Source: Candidatus Eiseniibacteriota bacterium (GTDB lineage: Bacteria; Eisenbacteria; RBG-16-71-46). From it: DNA of 64,000 nt. Positions 22,646 to 31,595 of this stretch are shown one piece after another; the first letter of the stretch is position 1; each line of letters begins with the position of its first letter. A program made the translations under genes and the position numbers. Below the pieces are notes generated by a model. The model saw only the letters and a list, made by a program, of their open reading frames with translations. It did no database searches and was not told where the DNA came from. The DNA lies in assembly GCA_963725865.1 (NCBI GenBank), contig CAVSAC010000012.1, forward strand, positions 1,184,001 to 1,248,000. The letters are read 5' to 3'.

Positions 22646-24618
22646 CGACCGCTCGCTATCGCGTGGGCCAGCGCCTGCGCCACCCGCAGTTCGGGGAGGG
22701 CCTCGTGGTCGAGGTCCACACCGACCGTGGGCGCGAGGTACTCGAAGTCGTGTTCGAGGGCGTCCTGCGTCGGCTGTCCGCGCAGCGAGACTGGAACATC
22801 GTGCCCGGAAGCGCGCCGCTCGATCCGACCCCGGTCGTGCCGGTCGGCCGCCCCAACGCCCACGACGCGACGCCGGTCGCCGCGCGCGCGGCCCGCACGT
22901 GGCACCCGATGGGCGATCGGCTGGTGGATCTGTGGACCGCGGGCACCCACAGCCCGCCGAACCACTTCGACCTGCGCAGCGAGGCCGAGCGCTGGGCGGG
23001 CTGGGCCGGCACCGATCGCCTCGTGTCGCTCGACTCGCTGCGCGGGGTCGAGCGCTACCCGCACCAGATGCGGGTGTGCCTGAAGGTCATGCGCGAGCTG
23101 AACGGGCGCGCGATCCTCGCGGACGAGGTCGGACTCGGCAAGACCATCGAAGCCGGCATCATCCTGAAGGACTACCTGCTGCGCGGCGCGGTTCGCACCG
23201 TGCTGGTGCTGGTGCCCGCGTCGCTGTGCGAGCAGTGGCGCGCCGAGCTGTGGGAGAAGTTCGAGCTCGACTTCGTGGTCTCGCGTGGTCCGGCCGGGCA
23301 GTGGGGCCGCCATCCGCTCGTGATCTCGTCGCTCGAGACCGCGCGTCACGAGCGCCACCGCCGCCGGGTGCGCGCGTCGAACTACGATCTGGTCTGCGTC
23401 GACGAGGCGCATCGCCTGCGCAATCACCTCACGCTCGGCTGGAAGTTCATCAACGACCTCAACCCGCGCTACCTGCTGCTGCTCACCGCGACCCCGGTGC
23501 AGAACGATCTGCGCGAGCTCTACAACCTCGCCACGCTGGTGCGCCCCGGGACGGTCGGCACGTTCTCCCAGTTCCGGCGCGACTTCCTCACTGGGCACGA
23601 CAAGCGCACGCCGCGCAACACGCCGCGCCTGCGCAGCCTGCTGGAGTCGGTCATGGTGCGCACCCGCCGCAACGAGACCGATCTCACCTTCACCCCGCGC
23701 AAGGTGGAGACCATGTGGGTCGCGCAGACCGCCGCCGAGCGCGCGCTCTACCGCCAGGTCAGCGACTTCGTCGCCGACGCGGTGCGGGGCGAATCGGGAG
23801 CGCCCGGGCGCCCTCACTACTTCACGCTGATGGTGCTGCAGAAGGAGATGGGATCGTCGTGGGCGGCGGCGCGCGCCACGCTCGAGAAGCTCTCGCGCCA
23901 TCCCGACGGCCTCGACCCGCGGCGTCTCAAAGCGCTCGCCGCGCGCGCGACCGACGTCAGCCGCGAACCCAGCAAGGTGCGCTCGCTGCTGCGCTGCGTG
24001 GCCGGGCTCGGCGGCGAGAAGTGCATCATCTTCACGCAGTTTCGCCCCACGCAGGACGCCATCGCCGACGCGCTGCGCGGGATGGGCATCGAGCCGTGCC
24101 TGTTCCACGGCGAGATGGCGTGGAACGAGAAGGAGGACTCGCTCGAGCGCTTCCGTGACGACGCCCAGGTGCTGGTCAGCACCGAGGCGGGCGGCGAGGG
24201 ACGCAACCTGCAGTTCTGCCGCATCGTCATCAACTACGACCTGCCGTGGAACCCGATGCGGGTGGAGCAGCGCATCGGGCGCGTGCACCGCCTGGGCCAG
24301 GAGCACCCGGTGCGGGTGGTGAACCTGGTCGCACGCGGCACCATCGAGGCGTACGTGCTCGAGATCCTCGACAAGAAGATCCGCATGTTCGAGCTGGTGG
24401 TGGGCGAGATGGAGGAGATCCTCGGCACCTGGCAGCCGCACGGCTCGTTCGAGGACGAGGTGTTTCGCCGCTGGACCGAGTCCACCAATCCGCGGGTCCG
24501 CAAGAAGCGCTTCACCGAGCTGGCGCAGCACCTGCTGGTGGCGCGGCGCATGTACCAGGAGCAGAAGAACCTCCAGAATCTCCTGTTCCCGGCCGCGACG
24601 AAGGAGGAGGCGAAGTGA
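22636..24618 (+). CDS. SNF2-family ATPase (YqhH/RapA-like) with N-terminal Tudor-like domain
   Basis: LADEVGLGKT, DEAH, LTATP, STEAGGEGRNLQ and YDLPWNPMRVEQRIGRVHRLGQ; GTG start after GGGGAGG. Confidence 0.88.
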   Translation: MELTTARYRVGQRLRHPQFGEGLVVEVHTDRGREVLEVVFEGVLRRLSAQRDWNIVPGSAPLDPTPVVPVGRPNAHDATPVAARAARTWHPMGDRLVDLWTAGTHSPPNHFDLRSEAERWAGWAGTDRLVSLDSLRGVERYPHQMRVCLKVMRELNGRAILADEVGLGKTIEAGIILKDYLLRGAVRTVLVLVPASLCEQWRAELWEKFELDFVVSRGPAGQWGRHPLVISSLETARHERHRRRVRASNYDLVCVDEAHRLRNHLTLGWKFINDLNPRYLLLLTATPVQNDLRELYNLATLVRPGTVGTFSQFRRDFLTGHDKRTPRNTPRLRSLLESVMVRTRRNETDLTFTPRKVETMWVAQTAAERALYRQVSDFVADAVRGESGAPGRPHYFTLMVLQKEMGSSWAAARATLEKLSRHPDGLDPRRLKALAARATDVSREPSKVRSLLRCVAGLGGEKCIIFTQFRPTQDAIADALRGMGIEPCLFHGEMAWNEKEDSLERFRDDAQVLVSTEAGGEGRNLQFCRIVINYDLPWNPMRVEQRIGRVHRLGQEHPVRVVNLVARGTIEAYVLEILDKKIRMFELVVGEMEEILGTWQPHGSFEDEVFRRWTESTNPRVRKKRFTELAQHLLVARRMYQEQKNLQNLLFPAATKEEAK

Positions 24619-25784
24619 CCGCGACCGCCGACTCGGGCGCGCGCGCCGCGACCGCCCGCCGCCGCGCGAGCAGCGCCCGCCCTGCGGGCAGCGCCCGCCG
24701 CACGCGCCGTCGCGTGCCGCCGGCGGTCACGCCGACCGCCGCGACCACGGCGCTGCCCGCGGCCTGGCGGCCGTTCGTCGGGCGCTGGCTCGAAGCCTGC
24801 GGCTGCACGGTGAGCGATGCCGCACGCGGCGACTGGGAGGTCGAGCTCGCGGCCCCGCTGCAGAAACGCTGGCGCCGCCAGCGCGTGCGCCTGGTGTTCG
24901 ACCCGCTGCGGCCCACGCTGCCGCGCGGCGCGTGGTTCTGCGCGCCCGGCAGCATGGCGGGGCGCAGGATCCTCGAGGCGCTCACCGAGCGCCCGGCGGT
25001 GACTCGCCGCACCGCGCTGGTGCGCGTGCCCGGCGCGCCCGAGGACGGACTCGCGTCGGTGTGCAAGGTGCGGGGCTTGACGTGGGGCCCGATGCGACTC
25101 GGCCCGGTGCGCTACGAGCGACGCGCGGCGTTCCACGCGATGGTGACGCGCTGGGGCGGGCTGCCGGCGCAGGAGCACTGGGTGGTCGTGCTCGCTCCCG
25201 ACGGCCGCACGGTCGAGTGGACTCCGGGCCACGAGCTGCCCGACGTGCGCAGTCGTGAGGGCCTCTATCAGATCACAGACGATCTCGACCCGGCCGAGCG
25301 CGGCCGCTGGATGGAGGGCGCGCGGCGCGAACTGGAGCGGCGGCTGGGCGAGAAGGAGACCGAATGGGAGCGCACCGTCTCGCGGCTGCGGGACGACGAG
25401 CTCGACCGGCTGGGGGCGTTCTTCTCGGCCCGCATCGAGGAGGAGGAGGAGCGCCTGCGGCGGCGCACCACGGCCGCGGAGGACCCGCTGCTCGACCATG
25501 GCGACGTGACCTCGCTGAAGCTGGAGTGGGAGCGGCGCGCGGCCGAGGTGCGGCAGCGGTGGGCACTGCGGACCGAATTGCGGGTGTGGGGGCTCGAGGA
25601 ATGGTCGTGGCCGGTCGCGGACCTCGAGCAGGAGCTACGGGCCGGGGCGGTGCACGTCCGGGTCTCGAGCCTGGTCGACGTGGCGCGCGGCCGGCCCGCG
25701 CTGCCGGCGTGCCCGACCTGCGGGGCTCCCGCCGAGATGCTCGCGCGCATGCGCGGCGCGGTGGCCTGCTCGCGCTGCGCCTGA
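24615..25784 (+). CDS. hypothetical protein, YqhG-like partner with coiled coil and C-terminal C4 zinc ribbon
   Basis: GTGA overlap with the helicase; coiled coil (RLRDDELDRLGAFFSARIEEEEERL); CPTC...CSRC at the C-terminus. Confidence 0.6.
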   Translation: MTATADSGARAATARRRASSARPAGSARRTRRRVPPAVTPTAATTALPAAWRPFVGRWLEACGCTVSDAARGDWEVELAAPLQKRWRRQRVRLVFDPLRPTLPRGAWFCAPGSMAGRRILEALTERPAVTRRTALVRVPGAPEDGLASVCKVRGLTWGPMRLGPVRYERRAAFHAMVTRWGGLPAQEHWVVVLAPDGRTVEWTPGHELPDVRSREGLYQITDDLDPAERGRWMEGARRELERRLGEKETEWERTVSRLRDDELDRLGAFFSARIEEEEERLRRRTTAAEDPLLDHGDVTSLKLEWERRAAEVRQRWALRTELRVWGLEEWSWPVADLEQELRAGAVHVRVSSLVDVARGRPALPACPTCGAPAEMLARMRGAVACSRCA

Positions 25785-25797
25785 CTCGGGAGACCGC

Positions 25798-25827
25798 TTG
25801 ACGGCGGGCCGCCCGAGGCGATAACGT
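25798..25827 (+). promoter_or_regulatory. sigma70-type promoter
   Basis: TTGACG-N18-TAACGT. Confidence 0.55.
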
Positions 25828-25895
25828 GCCTGCCGCTCGCGCCGTGACGGCGTTGATACGGCGCTTTGAAGCAGCGCTGCAAATGGAGGTCTGAC

Positions 25896-26564
25896 TTGAG
25901 TTTGGAGACCAGAAAAGGCGCGGCGCTCGAGGATCAGGGCGCCCATGTCGTGGACCAGCTGACCGCCTTGTGGGAGCGCTACGGGCGACTCGCGGCCGGG
26001 GGCGTCATCGGCGTGGCGGTCGTCATCGCGGGGGCGGTGTTCTACACCCGCTCGCGCGCCGCCACCGAGGAGCTCGCCGCCGGCAAGCTCGCCGAGGCCA
26101 ACGTCCAGTTCTGGCAGGGCGACTATCAGCGCTCGCTCGACGCCGCCAAGCAGGTCTACGCGCAGTACGGTTCCACTCCCAGCGGGCGCGACGCGCATCG
26201 GCTGGCGGGGGACAACGCGTACTGGCTCGGCGACTACAAGGCCGCAGTGGACGAGTACCGCAAGTTCCTCGCGGGCGCTCCCAGCGACATGCTCACCGAC
26301 GCCGGCCGCCGCAGCCTCGCCTACGCGCTCGAGAACTCGAAGCAGTACCAGGAGGCTTCGGACCTGTACGACGGACTGGTGGGCAAGTTCGATCGCGAGT
26401 CCTCGGCCGAATTCCTCGCCGCCTCCGCGCGCTGCCGGGTCGCGCTGAATCAGCCAGCCGAAGCGGCCAAGCGCCTGCAGCGACTGCTGGACGACTTCGG
26501 CGACACCAGCCTCGCCCCGCGCGCGCAGTCCGATCTGGGCGCGCTGCGTCCGACCGGAAGCTGA
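25896..26564 (+). CDS. membrane-anchored TPR protein (YfgM-like)
   Basis: TTG start after GGAGG; single N-terminal TM followed by TPR-like helices. Confidence 0.65.
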   Translation: MSLETRKGAALEDQGAHVVDQLTALWERYGRLAAGGVIGVAVVIAGAVFYTRSRAATEELAAGKLAEANVQFWQGDYQRSLDAAKQVYAQYGSTPSGRDAHRLAGDNAYWLGDYKAAVDEYRKFLAGAPSDMLTDAGRRSLAYALENSKQYQEASDLYDGLVGKFDRESSAEFLAASARCRVALNQPAEAAKRLQRLLDDFGDTSLAPRAQSDLGALRPTGS

Positions 26565-26598
26565 GGGCGCACCGGGCCGGCGGGTCAGAGAGGGCCAC

Positions 26599-28737
26599 GT
26601 GAGCGGAGCGCCGCCGGTCGATCTCGTCTTCCTGTGGCATCACCACCAGCCCGACTACCGCAGTCCGCGGACCGGCCAGGCGCTGCTGCCGTGGGTACGC
26701 CTGCACGCCACCAAGGACTACCTCGACATGGCGCTCCATCTGGAGCGCCATCCTCGTATCAAGGCGACCTTCAACTTCGTTCCGTCGCTGCTCGACCAGC
26801 TCGATGAGGCCGCCGCCGGCACGCCCGACGCGCTGTTCCCGCTGCTCGAGCGAGCGCCGGCCACGCTGACGCCCGAGGAGCGCGACGAGGTGTTGCTGCG
26901 GTGCGCCTCGGCACCGCCGTGGACGCTCGACCGCTGGCCGCGGTATCGCACGCTGGTGCAGAAGGCGGCGCGCGCGCGGCGCGCGGGGACGCGCGAGCCG
27001 CTCGCCGATGGCGACCTGGTCGCGCTGGAGGGGTGGTTCCTGCTGGCGTGGCTGGATCCGCTGTTCCACGACGAGCCGGCCGCGGCGGCGGTGTTGACGC
27101 GCCACGCCGATCCCGGGCCGGTCGAGCGCGATGCGCTGCTGGCCCTCCACGCGCGACTGGTGGGGCGCGTGATCCCCGCCTATCGGGCGCTCGCCGAGCG
27201 CGGCCAGATCGAGCTCACGGAGTCGGCCTACTACCACCCGATCCTGCCGCTGCTGGTCTCACACCAGGCGGCGCGGCGCGCGCGCCCGCAGATGGTGCTG
27301 CCGAGCGAGCCGTTCGCGGCACCCGAGGACGCCGCCCGCCAGATCGAGCGCGGGCTCGAGCGGCACGCGCGCGCATTCGGCGCGCGACCGGCCGGGATGT
27401 GGCCATCCGAAGGCGGCGTGAGCCCCGAGGTGTGCGAGTTGGTCGCGAGCGCGGGCGTCCGGTGGCTCGCCACCGACGAGGGCGTGCTATGGAACTCGCT
27501 GCCGCCGGCGGAGCGCGGCCGCGGCACGCTCTACCGGCCGTGGCGGGTGAGCACCGCGGCGGGCGACGTGGCGCTGTTCTTCCGCGACCACGAGCTCTCC
27601 GACCGCATCGGCTTCATCTACCACCACTGGGACGCCCAGGAGGCGGTGCAGGACTTCCTCGCGCGCGTGCGCCGGATCGGCCAGGAACATGGCGGCGCCG
27701 AGTCGGCGGTGGTGTCGATCATCCTCGACGGCGAGAACTGCTGGGAGCACTACCCGGACGACGGCGGCCCGTTCCTCGAGGCGCTGTACGCGGCGCTCGA
27801 GTCGGCCGCCGACATCCGCACCCGGACGCCCGCGGACCTGCTCGCCGAGCGCGCGGGCGCCATCCCGGCGCTCGCCTCGCTCCACACCGGTTCGTGGATC
27901 GACGCCGACTTCCACATCTGGATCGGCCACCCGGAGAAGAACCGCGCGTGGGATCTGCTGGCGCGCACGCGCCGCGCGTTGGTGGAGGCGGCCTCGACTC
28001 CCGCGACGCATCCGGCCGCGTGGGAGGCACTGGCGGCCGCCGAGGGCTCGGACTGGTTCTGGTGGTACGGCGAGGACCATTTCACCGCCGACAAGGCGCT
28101 CTTCGACCGGCTGTTCCGCGAGCACCTGATGGGAGCGCGCGAGCGGGCCGGGTTGCCGGTGCCGGGCGAGCTGATGTTGCCGGTCGCGCGCCAGCGCATC
28201 AAGCGCGCGGGCACCCAGCCGCAGAACTTCATCGAGCCGACGATCGACGGCCGGCGCACGCACTTCTACGAGTGGCACGGGGCCGGCAGCTTCAAGACGG
28301 GCGCCGGTGGCAGCTCGATGCATCGCGGCGCGGGGCTCGCCAAGGAGGTGCACTTCGGATTCGACGCCCGGCACCTGTTCGTGCGCGTCGACTTCACGGC
28401 CCGACTGCCGGGGGAGGCGGTGGACCTCGCGCTCGAGATCATGACTCCGCGCCCCGTCCGCCTCTCGGTGCGCGGGCTCGTTCCGGGCGAGCGAGCGGTG
28501 CTGTGGGGGGGAGGTCCGCGCGCCGGCAAGCCGGTCGAGGGCGCGCGCGCGTGCGCGCAGCAGATCGTCGAGCTGGCGGTGCCGTTCGCGAGCCTCAAGC
28601 TGATGCCGCACGAGGTCGTGGAGATGATCGCCCAGCTCCAGGAACGCGGCGCCGCGCTGGAGAGCCTGCCGGACGAGGACGTGATGCGCTTCGAGGTGCC
28701 GGACGAGAACTTCGAGCAGATCATGTGGGAGGCGTAG
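26599..28737 (+). CDS. glycoside hydrolase family 57 (amylopullulanase-like)
   Basis: WHHHQP, YYHPILPL, WPSEG (nucleophile), ILDGEN (acid/base) and AEGSDWFWW. Confidence 0.9.
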   Translation: MSGAPPVDLVFLWHHHQPDYRSPRTGQALLPWVRLHATKDYLDMALHLERHPRIKATFNFVPSLLDQLDEAAAGTPDALFPLLERAPATLTPEERDEVLLRCASAPPWTLDRWPRYRTLVQKAARARRAGTREPLADGDLVALEGWFLLAWLDPLFHDEPAAAAVLTRHADPGPVERDALLALHARLVGRVIPAYRALAERGQIELTESAYYHPILPLLVSHQAARRARPQMVLPSEPFAAPEDAARQIERGLERHARAFGARPAGMWPSEGGVSPEVCELVASAGVRWLATDEGVLWNSLPPAERGRGTLYRPWRVSTAAGDVALFFRDHELSDRIGFIYHHWDAQEAVQDFLARVRRIGQEHGGAESAVVSIILDGENCWEHYPDDGGPFLEALYAALESAADIRTRTPADLLAERAGAIPALASLHTGSWIDADFHIWIGHPEKNRAWDLLARTRRALVEAASTPATHPAAWEALAAAEGSDWFWWYGEDHFTADKALFDRLFREHLMGARERAGLPVPGELMLPVARQRIKRAGTQPQNFIEPTIDGRRTHFYEWHGAGSFKTGAGGSSMHRGAGLAKEVHFGFDARHLFVRVDFTARLPGEAVDLALEIMTPRPVRLSVRGLVPGERAVLWGGGPRAGKPVEGARACAQQIVELAVPFASLKLMPHEVVEMIAQLQERGAALESLPDEDVMRFEVPDENFEQIMWEA

Positions 28738-28780
28738 GTGGCCGCTCCGGACCGCGCTCCCGATCGGCGCCCCCGCCGGC

Positions 28781-30139
28781 CTACTTCACCCAGACGGTCT
28801 TGGCGTTGACGAACTCGCGGATGCCGAGGGTGGAGAGCTCGCGCCCGTAGCCGGAGCGCTTGATCCCGCCGAAGGGCAGGCGCGGATCGGACTTCACGAT
28901 CCCGTTCACGAACACCTGGCCGGCCTCGAGCTCGCCCGCCATCGCCTCGCCGCGGCGCGGGTCGGCGGTCCACACGCTGGCGCCGAGTCCCAGCCGCGAA
29001 CGATTGGCCAGCTCGACCGCGTGCCCGGCGTCGCGGGCGCGCACCAGCGCGGCGAGCGGGCCGAACGTCTCCTCGTCGAACGCCGGCATGCCGGGCGTCA
29101 CCTCGCCGAGCGCGGTCGGCGCGTAGAACGCGCCGGGCCCGGACATCGGATGGCCGCCCGCCAGCAAGCGCGCGCCGGCGGCGATGCTGCGCTCCACCTG
29201 GCCGTGCAGCTCATCGCGCAGGTCGGGCCGCGCGAGCGGGCCGAGCCCGGTCGCGCGATCGAGCGGGTCGCCGACCTTCACCGCGCGCAGCGCCACCACG
29301 AAGGCGTCCGCGAACCGCTCGTAGGCCGGCGCCTCGACGATGAAGCGCTTGGCCGCGATGCACGACTGCCCGTTGTTGACCAGCCGCGCCGCTACCGCGG
29401 TCGCGGCCATCGACTCGATCGGGGCGTCGGCCAGCACGATGAACGGATCGGACCCGCCGAGCTCGAGCACGCACTTCTTGAGCGCGCGTCCCGCGGCGGT
29501 GGCGACCGCGAGGCCGGCGGACTCGCTCCCGGTGACGGAGACCGCGACCACGGTGTCGTGGGAGATCAGGCCGGCGACGGCGGAGGCGGGCACCAGCAGC
29601 GTGGCGAACGCACCGGCGGGAAGCCCGGCATCGCGGAAGATCGACTCGATCGCGAGCGCGCATCCGGGCACGTTCGAGGCGTGCTTCAGCAGCACCACGT
29701 CGCCCGCCAGCAGCGCGGGCGCCGCGCAGCGGAACACCTGCCAGAGCGGGAAGTTCCACGGCATCACGGCGAGCACCGCGCCGAGCGGATCCCAGCGCAC
29801 GAACGAGCGCCCCGCATCCGTGGCGATCGGCTGCGGCGCGAGATCGCGCGGGCCGTGCTCGGCGACGTGCTCGCACACCCAGGCGCACTTGTCGACTTCG
29901 GCCTCGGCCTGCGCGATCGGCTTGCCCATCTCGAGTGTCATCGTCCGCGCGAGCGTCGCGCGGCGCTCGCGCAGCAGCGCCGCCGCGGCCATCAGCACCA
30001 TCGCCCGCGCGGGGACCGGGCGGGCCCGCCAGAGCGGAAATGTCGCGGCCGCCGCGGCCAGGCGGGCGGCGACCTCGGCATCGTCGTGATCCGGATACTG
30101 GGCAAGCGTCTCGCCGGTGGCGGGATTCACGGAGCGCAT
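28781..30139 (-). CDS. NAD(P)-dependent succinate-semialdehyde dehydrogenase family aldehyde dehydrogenase
   Basis: SVNPATGE, MPWNFP, TGSE, LELGGSDP, GQSCIAAKR and EETFGP; TGC-TAAGGT 7 nt before the ATG. Confidence 0.9.
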   Translation of the reverse strand: MRSVNPATGETLAQYPDHDDAEVAARLAAAAATFPLWRARPVPARAMVLMAAAALLRERRATLARTMTLEMGKPIAQAEAEVDKCAWVCEHVAEHGPRDLAPQPIATDAGRSFVRWDPLGAVLAVMPWNFPLWQVFRCAAPALLAGDVVLLKHASNVPGCALAIESIFRDAGLPAGAFATLLVPASAVAGLISHDTVVAVSVTGSESAGLAVATAAGRALKKCVLELGGSDPFIVLADAPIESMAATAVAARLVNNGQSCIAAKRFIVEAPAYERFADAFVVALRAVKVGDPLDRATGLGPLARPDLRDELHGQVERSIAAGARLLAGGHPMSGPGAFYAPTALGEVTPGMPAFDEETFGPLAALVRARDAGHAVELANRSRLGLGASVWTADPRRGEAMAGELEAGQVFVNGIVKSDPRLPFGGIKRSGYGRELSTLGIREFVNAKTVWVK

Positions 30140-30331
30140 GGCGCGGACCTTAGCACCGCCGACGCGCGCACGCAGTTGGCCCCGGACGCACGCGGATTCC
30201 CGCGCCGGCCACCGCTGAGGGCGACGCGGTCGCGGTCCTCGCCGCTGGGACCGGCGCCCGTCGCGCCCGAGCGGGCGGCGCTGGCCCGCACGCGGCCGAT
30301 GCGGCAGGATGTCGCCGGGAGGGACGCCGCC

Positions 30332-30787
30332 ATGGACGAGATCGCCCGCATCGAGGACCAGCTGCGACGCGCGTTCGAGCGCGAAGCGTGGTCCGGTCCC
30401 TCGTTGCTCGAGACCCTCGACGGCGTGGACGCCGCGACCGCCGTGCGCCGGCCGCTCGCGAGTGCGCACACCATCTGGGAGCTGGTGCTGCACGTGGCGG
30501 CGTGGGAGGACATCGTGCGGCGCCGGCTCGGCGACGAGCGCGTGGAGGTGACGCCGGAGATGGACTGGCCGCCGGTCGCGGACACCAGCCCAGCGGCATG
30601 GGGCGCGGCACTCGGGCGCCTGCGCGCGGGCCATGCCGCGCTGCGGGTCGCGGTGCGCGCGCTCGACGCGGCGTCGCTCGACCAGCTTCCGCGTGGCTCC
30701 ACCGTGACGCGCTACGTTCTGGCGCACGGCGCGGCCCAGCACGACCTCTATCACGCGGGACAAATCGCGCTGCTGCGAAAGGGTTGA
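30332..30787 (+). CDS. DinB-family (DinB_2) protein
   Basis: HTIWELVLHVAAW and QHDLYHAGQI His motifs; GGGAGG RBS. Confidence 0.8.
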   Translation: MDEIARIEDQLRRAFEREAWSGPSLLETLDGVDAATAVRRPLASAHTIWELVLHVAAWEDIVRRRLGDERVEVTPEMDWPPVADTSPAAWGAALGRLRAGHAALRVAVRALDAASLDQLPRGSTVTRYVLAHGAAQHDLYHAGQIALLRKG

Positions 30788-30790
30788 GAC

Positions 30791-31426
30791 GTGTCGCTTC
30801 GCGGAGTGGATGAGGGGCGCGGGCGGGCGCGGGGAAGCCGGAGCGGGAGGATTGCGGACGACCTGGCTCCGCTGCTCGCCCTCGTCGCCGTGCTGGCGCT
30901 GAACGCCGCACCCGCATGGGCCGGCCGGCGCGCGTTGATCGAGATCGGCCTGCCACCCGAGCCGCCGACCGCGCTCGACTCGATCCCGCACCCATGGCCC
31001 GGGCGCGCGCTGTTGCTGACCGCCGCCGGCACGGCGCTGCCGATCGCGCTCACGACGGGCCCGCACCAGCACGGCGAGAACCGCGCGATCCTGCTCGGCG
31101 CGGCGGAACTGTTCACCCCGGCGGCCGGCCATCTGTACGCCGGGCTGCCGCGGCGGGCGCTGAAGGGCATCGCCGCCCGCGCGGCCGGCTTCGCGCTCGT
31201 GGGCTCCGGGATCGCGGGCATGGACAACTCCGAGTTCGACTGGGGCGATGTGCGAGTGCTGGCGGGATTCACGGTGATGGCGATCGCGGCGGCGGTGGAC
31301 GTGATCACCGTGCAGCCCGACGTGGAGCGCGCGAACCGCGAGCGGGTGCGCGCGCGGGCCGCGATCGGGCTCCGGATGACGCGGGACCGGAGCACGCCGG
31401 TGCTCGCGGTCACGGCGCGGTTCTGA
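30791..31426 (+). CDS. hypothetical exported/membrane protein
   Basis: Signal-like segment, PAAGHLYAG, hydrophobic helices, ends in LAVTARF; start uncertain. Confidence 0.5.
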   Translation: MSLRGVDEGRGRARGSRSGRIADDLAPLLALVAVLALNAAPAWAGRRALIEIGLPPEPPTALDSIPHPWPGRALLLTAAGTALPIALTTGPHQHGENRAILLGAAELFTPAAGHLYAGLPRRALKGIAARAAGFALVGSGIAGMDNSEFDWGDVRVLAGFTVMAIAAAVDVITVQPDVERANRERVRARAAIGLRMTRDRSTPVLAVTARF

Positions 31427-31471
31427 TGGCCTTCAGGGGGCGCTCGAGCCGCCCGTCGGGCCCGCGAGTAG

Positions 31472-31499
31472 CTGGCGCATAATCTCTATTATGTAAACC
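31472..31499 (+). other. dif: dif site (XerC/XerD chromosome dimer resolution site)
   Basis: CTGGCGCATAA-TCTCTA-TTATGTAAACC versus E. coli dif GGTGCGCATAA-TGTATA-TTATGTTAAAT; AT-rich island in the intergenic gap between converging gene blocks. Confidence 0.9.
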
Positions 31500-31595
31500 T
31501 ACGGGTCCAGCCGGCCGTCTCGATCGTTGCGCTCGCGATCCGGATCCGATTTCCCATCCCCCGCCGCCGTGTCCCGCGCGCCGCGCGGAGAGCGC

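Noticed and set aside
21233..25784. Nuclease + SNF2 as an anti-phage defence system (DISARM/Zorya-type)
   Set aside because: No methylase, PLD or other defence genes; core-genome context and host-like composition. Not strictly excluded
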